A DNA stretch of 64,000 nucleotides. Origin: Octopus bimaculoides. Its lineage: Eukaryota. Positions 40,472 through 53,340 of the stretch are shown here, piece after piece. The translations under genes and the position numbers were made by a program. The DNA is taken from NCBI RefSeq assembly GCF_001194135.2, contig NC_068983.1:35641969-35705968 (forward strand), in the 5' to 3' direction. The stretch's first letter is position 1; the number at the start of each line of letters is the position of its first letter. Below the pieces are notes generated by a model, which was given only the letters and a program-made list of their open reading frames with translations, was not told the origin of the DNA and did no database searches.

Positions 40472-41982
40472 CTTAGGAGCAAAGGGAAAAGTTCAGTCTC
40501 AGTTTCTAAAACCATCCCAGGAACTCGTGATTAAAAGGAGTGTACACCAAATAGATGAGAAAAATATTGCATAGAGGTGGGTGGTATCAACAGCAAATAG
40601 TTTCATCTTTGTCACATATACTATTGTGATTAGTATTAGTAAAAGAATCCAGTTGTAAAATCATCAATGTTAAGAAAAGAAAAATGCCACTAGTTACATA
40701 TTATTACACATCTGCTGCTGTAAAAGCTGTTAACTGGTACAATTTGTATTAATCATGAAAGTAGGGGAGGAAAATAGATAAGAACTGAAATTACCACATA
40801 AATTGCATAGTAAGTTATTTGTTGGTGAAAAGTTAGTTCACAAGACCAGAAAGCTTTAAACAAGATAAGGTTCAGGGGAGTTACACAAATCTCTTACACA
40901 AGTATCAACATTGAAAACGTTTGTTAAAATAGACTAGCTTTACAAAATATTAAATGTCAGTGTTGAAGGCGTCATCATTGATGTCATCATCGTTGTTGCA
41001 ATTTCACATTCCACCTCTCATAAATCTCAATGAATTTATACCAGTTAGGAGGAAAAAAAAATTGCAATGGGTGCAGACATCACAATGTGGTTAAGAAGTT
41101 TGCTTTGGAACTATACGTTTATGGTTCAATTCCAAGGCAGACTATGGCCACAAGCTAGCCAATACTTTATTTTCTAAGTGAATTGGTTGATGGTAACTGC
41201 AAGAAGCCCCTCATATATGTGTGTGTGTGTGCGTGCGTGCACACATTGATGTGTTGTGCCCTTCCCTGCCTTGACATCTGTTTGCAGATTAGAAGCAAGA
41301 TCTCTATTCACAAAGTGTCATTGTTTACAGTCTCCATCTCCCACCCCTTCACAAAATAAATGAAACAAGTCCAGCCATTGTGCTGTTCCTTGTTTGAAGG
41401 AACAAGTTAAATAAGAGCCAGCTTGAAAACAGGTGAGGGAAGGAAGGTGTAAAGAAGTGTATCCAACAGTAGGAAATCTACCTCAACAAGTTTTTGGTTC
41501 ACTCAGGCAAGTCTAGAAAAGTCAATGTTAAAACTATGTAGATGATGATGATGAGGATGGTGGTGGTGGTGATGCTGGTGGTGATAATGACGGTGACAAA
41601 GTATGTGATCTGGTGGCCATTTCTAGGCAAACTGAATCTTACAATCAATCAGGTTTCAATGCTTGATTGTTATAACCCCCATTTACATCATTTATGCCTC
41701 ACAAACAAAATGGGGCTATCAACAAGCTGAAGTAGTTCAGTCCCAGATCCCCTCTGCCTTTCAGTTCTCTGAAGTTGTTAACAGAGTCCCAACAAAGAAT
41801 TAAGGTTAATTTAATCCTCAAAATGTTTGGTATTGTGCCTGTGATAGAAATTCTCATTATCTCCCTAATGTTGACTTTTACTGTTCATCCCTTCTAAGTG
41901 CTAGGTCCAAATTGTGGTTTTGTACCAATATAAGAAATCATCAGTCATTATCAGCATCATCACTATAATATCAAATAGAGAA

Positions 41983-41984
<2 letters not shown>

Positions 41985-42040
<56 letters not shown>
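41985..42040. repeat. (TTA)n microsatellite (also 31090-31143, 42415-42453, 23755-23825)
   Basis: Direct inspection. Confidence 0.95.
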
Positions 42041-42041
<1 letters not shown>

Positions 42042-42273
42042 GGCAGTGAGCTGGCAGAATTGTTAATGCACTGGATGAAATGCTTAGTGGTATTTCACCT
42101 GTCGCTACGTTCCGAGTTCATATTTCATCGAGGTCGACTTTGCCTTTCATCCTTTCGGAGTCAATGAATAAGCACCAGTTGAGTACTGGGGTCGATGTAA
42201 TCGACTCCCCCCCCACCACCACAACTGCTGGCCTTGTGCCAAAATTTGAAACCATTATTATTATCATTATTAT
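42041..42273 (+). mobile_element. tRNA-derived SINE with Nin/Deu-like central domain and (ATT)n tail (also 50925-51090 +, 61590-61843 -)
   Basis: Head aggcagtgagctggcagaa...gagttca, core ggtcgactttgcctttcatcctttcggggtcgataaa-taagtaccag resembling the DeuSINE/Nin domain, and an ATT tail. Confidence 0.75.
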
Positions 42274-42412
42274 TTACTGCAAATCCTGTTGGAGGTAGCT
42301 TTACATTTTTGAACTCTAAGTCAATAAAACAAGTACCAGTAATATACTGATTGTTGATTTAATTGCTTATACTCCTCTGACCAAATTTGTGGCTTTTTAC
42401 CAATGTTATAGA

Positions 42413-42453
<41 letters not shown>

Positions 42454-43278
42454 AGAGCAGTGGTGCAAAGATAATTTCTTTTTCATTAGAGAGAAATTAA
42501 TTCATATCAGAACTACATGCCATAAAATTAATAATTAATTGCCAATCAACTTGGTAATTTTCTACTAAATTACTCTGCTTTGAGGATCTGACAATCCACA
42601 CAGCTACACTAAAAACCAAATAAGATCCTTGTCTAAGTACATCATAGTAAAGCACCTGGAGTATGAATTCAAAACTTATGGGGTCAACAGACCAACACCT
42701 TACCTTTGAAGAAAGGTAATGAAAATAAGAATGTCAGTATATATCAATTAACAAGTGCAGTCAGTTTGGGAAGAGAGGTAAATACACCCAAACTGAAATT
42801 TGTCAACAAGTTTTAATAACAAGATTTTGACAAAATGAGCATTGGCATGGCTGTGTGTGTGATAAGAAGCTTGCTTCCCAACCACATGGGTTCAGGTTCA
42901 GTCCCACAGTGTGACACTTGGATGTTTTCTACTATAGCCCTGGGCTAACCAAAACCTTGTGAATAGATTTGGTAGGCTGAAAAGCCCATTGTGTGTGTGT
43001 ATGTGTATTGTGTTGCTCTCGGCTTAAGTTGACTTCATGTGACAGTTGTAAGTGAGTGTCACCGACATACAAGCAATGTTCTTTATTTCCAATCTTCAGT
43101 GAAAACGTGTCAGGTCATCTGGAAATATTACCTTACTTGGAAACTGGTGAGGAGTGGCTACAGGAAGGATACCAACCTGTAAAAAATCTGCCTTAACAAA
43201 TTCTGTCTGACCCATGTGAGCATTAAAATGACGACAATGAAAATGACGATGTCTGTGAGTTCCATTCTGACTTATATC

Positions 43279-43532
43279 CAGGGCTGTGGAGTCGAAGGAA
43301 AAAACTTTGACTCCGACTCCTCTACTATTGGCACCTCCGACTCCTCTTTATGTAATTAAGTGATTGTGGACTACATATCCCATAAAGCATAAGCATACGC
43401 TTGTACTTATATGTTATAACTGGTTTATATTAAAGAATAAAGACATTGTGAGTTGGAGTTGGTATAGTTTTACTGACTCTGACTCTGACTCCAGCTACCC
43501 CTTAATTGTTTCTGACTGACTCCACAACCCAG
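43279..43532. mobile_element. hAT-type MITE
   Basis: TIRs cagggctgtggagtc / gactccacaacccag (2 mismatches), a perfect 8-bp TSD CTTATATC at 43271-43278 and 43533-43540, and internal GACTCC subrepeats. Confidence 0.85.
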
Positions 43533-45152
43533 CTTATATCAATATAACTTTTTTTTACATACTAGGACAATAAATCAACAATCAGATTGAATAAACAGAA
43601 TGTAGAATGAGCATGGTATGGAGTGTTAAGCTGACAGGATACATTTTATAGCTGCTTCCCAGCTCATCACTTTGATCCTGAAAAGGCTACACACCAACAT
43701 GGGCCTTACTAGAAACAGTTAAAACAAACTAAAGAACTACCAAAACAACTAAGGCCAAAATATCCTATAAATTTAAAAGGGATACATCATCAACAACAAC
43801 GTTTTAAGGTCTACTTTTCAGACAGAACTTGTTGAGGAAGATTTTCTACAGCTGGATGCTCTTCCTGTTGCCAGCCCTTACCTGTTTCCAAGTAAGGTAA
43901 TATTCACAGAAGGCAACACACATCTACAACAATCATGCAATATATCAAGGCAAGGTGACAGTAACACACATACATACACACAGACACATATACGACAGGC
44001 TTCTTTCAGTTTCTATCAACCAAAACCATATACAAGCCTTTGATCAGTTCAGAGCTATAGCAAGTGTCACAGTGAGATTGAACCCAGGACCATGTGGCTG
44101 TGAAGCAAACTTCTTACCACAGCCATACATATAGATTAAAATAGAAAAAAAAAAACCCTGACTATATTTATTGTTTATACTCATCCTCTTGGTATGATAG
44201 CATGAACAACGACATGCACTCATGATTAGTAATTCATAGGAAAGATGACCTGCCCTACCTCACAAAATATTATGTAACGGAAAAAAAAATCTAATAAAAA
44301 GTATTAATAAAAAAAAAATAATGTAACATGAATTAGTAAATATCTGGAGTAGAAATAACTCAGTAGTCTCAACTGCAATTTCACTTAGCACATATATATT
44401 CTGGTATGTGTTAATGAGAATAAATGCTCTGAAAAGATCAGGCCTGACGTTGGCAATCATTATGAATCTTGTAAACACTATATAACAGTGACGGTGATGA
44501 TGATAATGATGATGATGATGGTGGTGGTGATGGTAGTGGTAATGGTAGTGGTGGTGGTGGTGGCAGAGATGATTGTCAATAATGGAGGTGATAGTTAGTG
44601 GTTTCTTTCTTAACCAACAGTCTTAGATTTTACAAATTAAAAACAAATTGGAGTTTAAAAATATAATGAACACACAGACATAGCTGTGTGGTAAGCAAGT
44701 TGGCTTCCCAAATACTTCCTAGTTCAGACTTGCTGCATGGTATCTCAGGCAAGTGCCTTCTACTACAAACCTAGTCCAAGGCCTTATGAGCGGATTTGGT
44801 AGACAGAACCTGAAGAAGTCCATCGTACATGTATGTATGAGTGTGTATGTGCGCCTGCCTGTGTGATCTGAATTTGTAATTGTATTTCCCCTAGCACTGC
44901 TTGACAACTGTTGTTGGTTAGTTCAAGTCCTTGTAACTTAGTGATTTGGCAGAAGACTTGTAAACAAGTACTGGTGAGGGTGGGGGATGGGGGTTGATCT
45001 ATTTAACTAAACCTTTTAAGGATGTGCCCCAGCATGGCCACAGTCCAATGACTGAAACAAGTATGAGATAAAAATCTAACGTACAGCTTATGATTAAATA
45101 TTTGTACATTTCTTTGATATTCTTTTTTCTGAAAAACAAAGAAAAAAAATTG

Positions 45153-45358
45153 GAGTAGCTGTCTGATAAGAAGCTTGCTTACCAACCACATGGTTCTGGG
45201 TTCAGTCCCACTGTGTGGCACCTTCGGCAAGTGTTTTCTATTATAGCCTCGGGCTGATCAAAGCCTTGTGAGTGGATTTGGTAGACGGAAACTGAAAGAA
45301 GTTCGTCGTATGTATGTATGTACGTCTGTATGTGTATACGTATGTATGTATGTATGTA

Positions 45359-45447
<89 letters not shown>

Positions 45448-45635
45448 GCATGTGTGTGTTTGTTATTTATGTCTGTGTTTGTCCCTTCCACCATTGCTTG
45501 ACAACTGATGTTGGTGTGTTTATGTCTCCGTCACTTAGCGGTTCAGCAAATGAAACTGATAGACTAAGTACTAAGCTTACAAAGAATAAGTTCTGGGGTC
45601 GATTTATTCGACTAAAGGTGGTACTCCAGCATCGT
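45153..45635 (+). mobile_element. tRNA-derived octopus SINE with internal microsatellite (representative full-length copy; many others, e.g. 6480-6660, 16370-16735, 17400-17690, 42845-43000, 45995-46351, 53341-53497)
   Basis: Pol III A/B-box-like head (gctgtgtggtaagaagcttgct...gggttcagtccc), the core gtggcaccttgggcaagtgtcttctactatagcc, a (TA/TG)n middle and a conserved 3' part. Repeated dozens of times in the window. Confidence 0.85.
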
Positions 45636-45994
45636 GTTTCAAGTGGTAAAAGAAGAAGAGATTGCCTGTGAACACTGATACGATTACATCAAGAATTAAT
45701 CAAGCTGGTCCTTTGAAACACACAGCAACAGGTAGAGGTATGGCTGCTTATTTCCTGATCACACGGTTTTAGGTTCAGTCCCTACTGAGCGGAACCTTAG
45801 ACAAGTGTCTTCTACAATACAATAACCCTGAGCTGACCAAAGTCTTGTGAGTGGATTTAATAAATGGAATCTGAAAGAAATCCCCATCATGTATATATAT
45901 GTACGTGTGTGTATGTACAAACACATGTGCATGCGTGTGCGTGTGCACACACACACACGCAAATAGCTACATTAGCCCTTTTTATATATATCTA

Positions 45995-46351
45995 CTCTTT
46001 TACTTGTTTCAGTTATTTGACTACAGCCATACTGGAGCACTGCCTTTAGTCAAGCAAACGATCCCAGGACTTACTCTTTGTAAGCCTAGTACTTATTCTA
46101 TTGGTCTTATTTGCCAAACTGCTAAGTGATCAGCATCAGTTGTCAAGCAATGGTGGAGGGAGCAAACACAGACACACAAACACACATATATACAACAAGC
46201 TTCTTTCAGTTTTTGTCTACCAAGTCTACTTACAAGGCTTTGGTCAGCCTGAGGCTATAGAAAACACTTGCCCAATATGCCACACAGTGGGACTGAACTC
46301 AGAACCATGTGGTTGGTAAGCAAGCTACTTACCACACAGCCACTCCTACTA
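45995..46351 (-). mobile_element. Same SINE family, full-length inverted copy
   Basis: Reverse complement of the 45153 element from tail (tacttgtttcagttatttgact) to head (cttaccacacagccactcct). Confidence 0.85.
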
Positions 46352-46355
46352 TATA

Positions 46356-46404
<49 letters not shown>

Positions 46405-47141
46405 TCTCTCTCTCTCTCTATATATATATAATGAATGTATTTGTGTGTTTGTGTTTGCTCTCTGCCACTACTTGACAACCAATATTGTTTAACTCTCCAC
46501 AACTTAGAGGTTTGGCAAAAGAGACTGAGAGAATAAGTAACAGGCTTAAGAAAAACAGGTACCGGGGTTGAGAACCATTCAAGGCAGTGCTCCAGCATGG
46601 CCACAGGCCAATGACTGGAACACATATAAGAAAAGATAAAAGGTAACAGTATATGTGTATTTTGTTGGGCTATGATGACTCTACCACAACACAGGGGAAA
46701 ATGGGTTCCTTGAAAATATCTCTACTGAAGACAAACAATAGCATTAGTTTAGATTATCAGTGACTCCTACCTACTTCCTAAGTACCCCTATCAGTTACTC
46801 CTACTTCCTGTTTCCTCAAACACTTGAAACTGGGACAGGAAACAAAACCCTTTATTGATCATGTTTAATAAGGTCTATGTTGGAATATGTGTGTTAGCTG
46901 GGTGGTTGGTTCAACAGGCAAAAGTGATATGCATATAGCTTCAAGGCACAACAATGTCCTATGATACATTTATATGTATCAGCATATGGGTGGGTGTGTG
47001 TGAGAGAGAGAGACAGACGGACAGACAGAGAGAGGAGTGGAGCTATTTGGACACATGAATGATAAACAGCTGAATAATGACAGCATCAGATTTTGCAAAG
47101 TTCTTTAAAAAATCAAATAAGTGTGTGTGTGTGTGTGTATC

Positions 47142-47197
<56 letters not shown>

Positions 47198-48825
47198 TGC
47201 ACGCATGTGTGCTATAAAGAGAGAGGTGAGTCTTGGATATTTTCAGGCAGGAATCCTCTTTACAGAAATGAAAAGTGAGTTGGAAGGTTAGACAATAAAT
47301 AGGTGGGAAGTCAAAGTATAAAGTGAAGAATTAAAATAAAAAAAAAACAGCACCTTGGGCAGGTATCTTCTACGATAACCACCGACTGACCAAAGCCTCG
47401 TGCATGGACTTGGTAGATGGAAACTGAAGGAAGCCCGTTGTGTGTGTGTTGTGTGTGCATGTGTTTCATCCACTATTGCTTGACAACTGATGTTGGTATG
47501 TTTCCATCCCTACAACTTAGCAGCTTGATTTGATTGACTAAAAATCTAATGTGGTGCCCCAGCATGTCTTCAGTCAGATGACGGAAACAAGTAAAAGATG
47601 AAAGACAAGAGTAGGATATAAAAGAATCATTGCGAATACGCATGGAAACAGGTGAAGGTTGGTAAAAGGAAGGGCATCTGGCCATAGAAAATTGGCCTCA
47701 ATGAATCCCATCTGATCCATGCCAACATGAAAAAGTTGACGTTAAAATGATGAAGATAGCTCAACTAATACATGTTACCTAATTAATGCTATTAAAAGAA
47801 AGAACTTCTGTGGTCTCTCAACTCAATAAAATCACCATCCAAAATCTCCCCCGTGTTCATAAGAGGATGGACACATTAGATTAGTGGTTTACAACNNNNN
47901 NNNNNNNNNNNNNNNNNNNNNNNNNNNNNNNNNNNNNNNNNNNNNNNNNNNNNNNNNNNNNNNNNNNNNNNNNNNNNNNNNNNNNNNNNNNNNNNNNNNN
48001 NNNNNNNNNNNNNNNNNNNNNNNNNNNNNNNNNNNNNNNNNNNNNNNNNNNNNNNNNNNNNNNNNNNNNNNNNNNNNNNNNNNNNNNNNNNNNNNNNNNN
48101 NNNNNNNNNNNNNNNNNNNNNNNNNNNNNNNNNNNNNNNNNNNNNNNNNNNNNNNNNNNNNNNNNNNNNNNNNNNNNNNNNNNNNNNNNNNNNNNNNNNN
48201 NNNNNNNNNNNNNNNNNNNNNNNNNNNNNNNNNNNNNNNNNNNNNNNNNNNNNNNNNNNNNNNNNNATGCGATATGATATGCTTGAGAAGACCTGTTGAG
48301 TCAAGTAAAACCAGTATCGTAGCTGTGACCACTGCTGCCTGACTGGCTCCCATGCTGGTGGCACGTAAAAAGCACCATCCAAATGTGGTCGATGCCAGGT
48401 CCGTCTGACTGGCTCTTGTGCCAGTAGCATGTAAAAAGCATTCACTACACTCTCGGAGTGGTTGGTATAAGGAAGGGCATCCAGGTGTAGAAACATTGTC
48501 ATATCAGATTGGAGCCTTGTACAGCTGCTGGCTCTCCAGACCTCAGCCAAACCATCCAACCCATGCCAGCATGGAAAACGGATGTTAAACAATGATTATG
48601 ATGATAATGAATGAAAATTCATAAAATAATAAAGACATTTTCTAATATACATACATGATGGCTGTCTATTTGTTAGACGATCATGACCATTGCCGACAGG
48701 CTGATTTAAAACTGATTGTTCCCACGAACGTGAGATCAACAGTGACTCATGAAGCTGGCAAGAGACCTACCCAGTATGCCACAAAGACTGCAAACTAAAT
48801 CTGTGGTTTTGGTCTAACAGTTAGG

Positions 48826-48915
48826 CTACTCAAGTGGAAGATCAGAATGAGTTTTTAAATGTTTAATGAGTCTGAAGTGGCTCTTGCAGACTTTACTGCA
48901 TACATCATGGGTTAG
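48826..48915 (-). mobile_element. Degenerate C2H2-like zinc-finger remnant, probably an RTE LINE C-terminus
   Basis: HDVCSKVCKSHFRLIKHLKTH: the first Cys is lost. Isolated, with no clear splice context. Confidence 0.35.
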
Positions 48916-49445
48916 TGGGTGAGTAATAACAAATTGAGCATCATCTAGATATCTATTTATATATATATTGTTGTAACATGACACCCCCTTGCAAGAAATA
49001 GACTTGACCAAGCGATTATAAATAGTAGTGGTTGGAGTAAAGTTTGTGTGAGTTTGAGTTGAGTTCACAGTGAAGTCAGAAGGTGTTGGCTGTTTAGTTT
49101 GTTTGGAATATTGATTGTTGGATTGTTATTATGGCTGCATCATTATCTTGTTTACTGTTATAACACTGGTATAGTGTATCAAAACCATATGGCACAATGT
49201 TGTGGCAGTACGACATTGGACACGGAGAATATAACACACACACACATATAGCATTCTGTATATCTTACTAAACACAGATATACTATAGAAAGGCACAAAA
49301 CTGTATATTTGTCTTGAGAAAGCTTCTTGTATAGACCTATAGTGTGCTAAAAAGCACAGAAATTATAGCGCTAAAAAGCATCCAATGTTAATATGCTTAG
49401 AGATCCACAGTTCCCAAAAAAGATTATATCTATAGAGCAAAAGAC

Positions 49446-49504
<59 letters not shown>

Positions 49505-49511
<7 letters not shown>

Positions 49512-49606
49512 ACTTGGGGATGGTCATATTGCCAGTTTAGCCAATAAAAACACACGCACTGTATATTTGGCTAAACTGGCAATATGACCATCCCCAAGTA
49601 CAACAA
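49505..49606. repeat. Perfect 40-bp inverted repeat with a 22-nt spacer
   Basis: ttgttgtacttggggatggtcatattgccagtttagccaa (49505-49544) and its exact reverse complement (49567-49606), flanked by (TA)n. Confidence 0.9.
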
Positions 49607-50242
49607 CATCTGTTTCAACACACGATTTCACATAAAAAATCTTGCAAAACAAATATATATATATATATATATATATCAAAAGACATTTATATGAATCAAA
49701 AGATATTTACAGCAAAATATAGTTATGGAAGTATTAAAAAACTAACAAAACAAGGAATAATATATACATATCATTTAAATGCTAACAGGACTTCTGAATT
49801 GCCATTTGTGTGTGTCATTTGCTGATATATAACAGAGAAGGATGTAAAGCATTGGTGAGTAAACCAAAGAATTGGTGCTTTTCAACAAAAAGCTTTGCAA
49901 TATTTGTTCTGCACCAAGTTACATATTCTCTCTCACACTTTCTCTCTCTCTCTCTCATTATCAGAAATGCTGGGGTCCATTGGCAATGAGTGAATAAATA
50001 AATAAATGAAATATCAGCTTGGTAGAACAGATCCCTCTCTAAGAAACTGTCTGGAGTCAAACTTAGCACCATAAAGTAACAAACACTTGGGACACTTCTT
50101 AGTGTTGTTGCTGGTTATAACAGTGAGTTGTTCCGACTTGCGAAAATTTATTTGAACCAAGTCCAAGAATGACTAGACTATTTGACAGATGATTTACATG
50201 AACCTGAACACAATGAGCTCAATATGAATTACTAACCTTTAA

Positions 50243-50459
50243 CCCTTTTGACACCAACCTGCCTGAAACTGCCTCTGGCTCTGTAGTATATCTTATTTTC
50301 AAAAGTTCTGAATTAAAATCTTCCACCAAACCTTAGTCATAATTTATGTTCCTAACACTAGCTTAATGACAATTTAGTTATTTTACTAAATTCTTTGTTA
50401 TATTTAAAGTAATTGAAAGAAACACATTGAAGCTCACTAGAAATATGATAAAAAAAGGG
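50243..50459. mobile_element. piggyBac-type MITE, copy 1
   Basis: TTAA|CCCTTTT...AAAAGGG|TTAA termini. A near-identical copy follows, and diverged relatives occur at about 31630-31850, 39790-40000 and 53890-54110. Confidence 0.75.
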
Positions 50460-50490
50460 TTAAAATATATAATAGAGAAACAATTCTTAA

Positions 50491-50709
50491 TCCTTTTGAT
50501 ACCAACCTGGCTGAAACCGCTTCTGGTTCTGTAGTATAAATGTCTTGTTTTCAAAAGTTCTGAATTAAAATCTTCCACCAACCCTTAATCACAATTTATG
50601 TTCATAACACTAGCTTAATGACAATTTAGTTGTTTTACTAAATTTGTTATATTTAAAATTAATTGAAAGAAACACAGATCATCTCAACAGAAATATGGGA
50701 ACAAAAGGG
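50491..50709. mobile_element. piggyBac-type MITE, copy 2 (tandem, same orientation)
   Basis: ttaa|tccttttgataccaacctg...acaaaaggga, highly similar to 50243-50459. Confidence 0.7.
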
Positions 50710-52157
50710 ATAAAACAGTTATCCAGTACATTATAGACTACTGACTCAGTGAGCTGTGCTCCTGCATATCAATGTACTTCTGTGAATCATACACATCTCA
50801 GTTGCTATGTTTCACGAGCATTCAATGTCATACTTTCGACACTGCCTAACACACAATCTACTTTATGTTTACATTATTTATATTCAGTTGTGTAAATAGA
50901 TGTGGAGGAATAGATTCCAGATAAGGCAAGCTGGCAGAATCATTAGTATGTGGGGCGAAATGCTTAATGGTATTTCGTCCGTCTTTACATTCTGAGTTCA
51001 AATTCCACTGAGGTCGACTTTGCCTTTCATCCTGTTGGGGGTTGATAAAATAAGTACCAGTTGAGCACTGGAGTGGATGTAATCAACTTAACTACTCCTA
51101 GGTATGAGTATAAAGACCAAATTTCTCTTCCAAGCCATGTTGAGTTAGTGTGGCAAAGTAGGCTCATCAAACAGTATGATTTCAAACCATTCTCTGGTGG
51201 AGAGAACATGCTGAGAAGGTCTTCCTCTCAAAGTGAACAGAACAAAGGCAATCCAATCTAACAGAGTTTTATTTCATTTATTGTGTGTATAGACTTGATT
51301 ATTAACATGAGAGAGACAGGCAGACAGAAAGGGACTGCAGTGGATGCCATGTGACCAGGAAAACAAAGTAACTGATCATTAATAGCACAGCGACATTTTA
51401 CATCATGGACAAAGTGCTATCTTTTTATACACACACACACACACACATTCCCTTCAAACAAGAGTTTAGAATAAGAATACTTCTAATTAGCCAGTTTACA
51501 TTTTAAACAATACTTACAGAATTATTAATATTTAAAAACACACACAAAAAAAAAAAATGGGAATAAATATTTCAGTAAATACATATCTCAGTGTTAGATA
51601 TGTCTTAAATCTGCAGGCAAAGTTATAATTAATTTTTCAAAAGACTTTCAAATTTGCTTCAGCTGAACCAGCAGAAATGAGTTATGAATTATATGATTGC
51701 TTGTTGTTTAGAAGTAGATTTAGGTCAATGATTTACTAAAATGTCACTAAAACAACTATGTAGAATGGAGAATACTGTCTTATTTTGGCTCTCTCTGCAG
51801 AGTTTAGTAGTACTGTTGCTGAGTGGAATGTTAAAAACACAAATGATTGTATGTGTAACAGGAGTGGGAAGGCAGTAATTTATGCACAATTAGTGACGGA
51901 CTTCTCAGTTGGTTTTAACTAATGATGTTGATGGTCTCTTGAGGCCAATACATTAGAAGTCCAGCACTAGTAGGATTGGTAAACTTACATTGTGACAATT
52001 ATTTTGAGAAACTCATCAAGCTAGATTCTGGTTAGACAAGAGGCTGATTTATTTATGGAAAGCAGATGTAATTTATATTTGAGGTAACCATAAAAAGTTT
52101 TTGTTTATCAACCATGTGGTTTGGGTTCAGTTGCATTGCATGGCACGTGTGTGTGTG

Positions 52158-52250
<93 letters not shown>

Positions 52251-53250
52251 TTTGATATACATCATCATCATCGTTGTTTAACGTTCACTTTCCATGCTGG
52301 CATGAGTTGGACAGTTTGACTGAGGACTGGCAAGTCAGAAGGTTGTACCAGGCTCCAATCTGATCTGGCAAGGTTTCTACAGCTGGTTGCCCTTCCTAAT
52401 ATCAACCACTCCAAGAATAGATAAAAGTGAGTTTTATTGTCATACAGGTGGTGTCTTCCATGAAAGTATATCTGGCCACGAATATGCATGGAAACAGGTG
52501 AAGGTTGGTAAAAGGAAGGGTATCTGGCCATAGAAAATTGGAATCCCATCTGACCCATGCTAACATGAAAAAGTGGACGTTAAAATTATGAAGATAGCTC
52601 AGCTAATACATATTACCAAATTAATGCCTCTCATTTCATTTATTCATTTACTTGTTCCAGTCATCTGACTGCAGCCATGCTAGAGCACCACCTTTAGTAG
52701 AACAAATCGACTTCAGGACTTATTCTTTGTAAGCCTAGTACTTATTCTATCGGTCTCTTTTGCTGAACTGCTAAGTTACAGGGATGTAAACACACCAACA
52801 TCGATTGTCAAGCGATTGTGGGTTGGTGGGGGAGAAGCACAGACACACACACAAATATATACATACATATCATCATCATTGTTTAGCGTCAGTTTTTCAT
52901 GCTGGCATGGGTTGGACGGTTTGACTGAGGTCTGGAAAGCCAGTGGCTGCACCAGGCTCTTTATCTGAACTGGCAATGTTTCTACAGCTGGATGCCCTTC
53001 CTAATGCCTACCACTCTGAAAGTGTAGCGGGTGCTTTTTACATGCCACCAGCACAGGAGCCAGTCAGGCATGCTTGGCATCGATTACATTCGGATAATGC
53101 TTTTTATGTTTCACTGGCATGGGAGCCAGTCAGGGGCAATGGCATCAGCCACAATCAAGTAAAACTCCTGAAAGAAGTGTCCAATCACAACCAGAGTTAA
53201 AACAATTGAAACTAATAAAAGAATATAAAAAAAAAGAAAAAGAAACTCAC

Positions 53251-53340
53251 TTTAGCAGTACCATCTTCATGAACTAGAACATTTCATGAAGCAAAACCCG
53301 GTGAACTAAATTCTTGGCTTCCAAATATGCCATTCCTGCA
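53251..53340 (-). pseudogene. CSK: Disabled Csk kinase-domain exon fragment: AGMAYLEAKNLVHR-V-L-(frameshift)-AS*-NVLVHEDGTAK followed by a gtgagt donor
   Basis: Matches tyrosine kinase subdomains VIa-VII (GMxYLExxNxVHRDLAARNVLVxEDxxAK). It carries HRD->HRV (GTT), a 1-nt deletion and an Arg->TGA stop, and retains an intron donor. The 5' side abuts a SINE starting at about 53341. Confidence 0.85.

Noticed and set aside
42700-42740. Minus-strand LPFFKG followed by gtaagg, resembling the missing first SH3 exon (DLPFxKG)
   Set aside because: An in-frame stop lies 9 codons upstream, there is no acceptor, and the phase is wrong for joining the phase-0 DPNWY exon.
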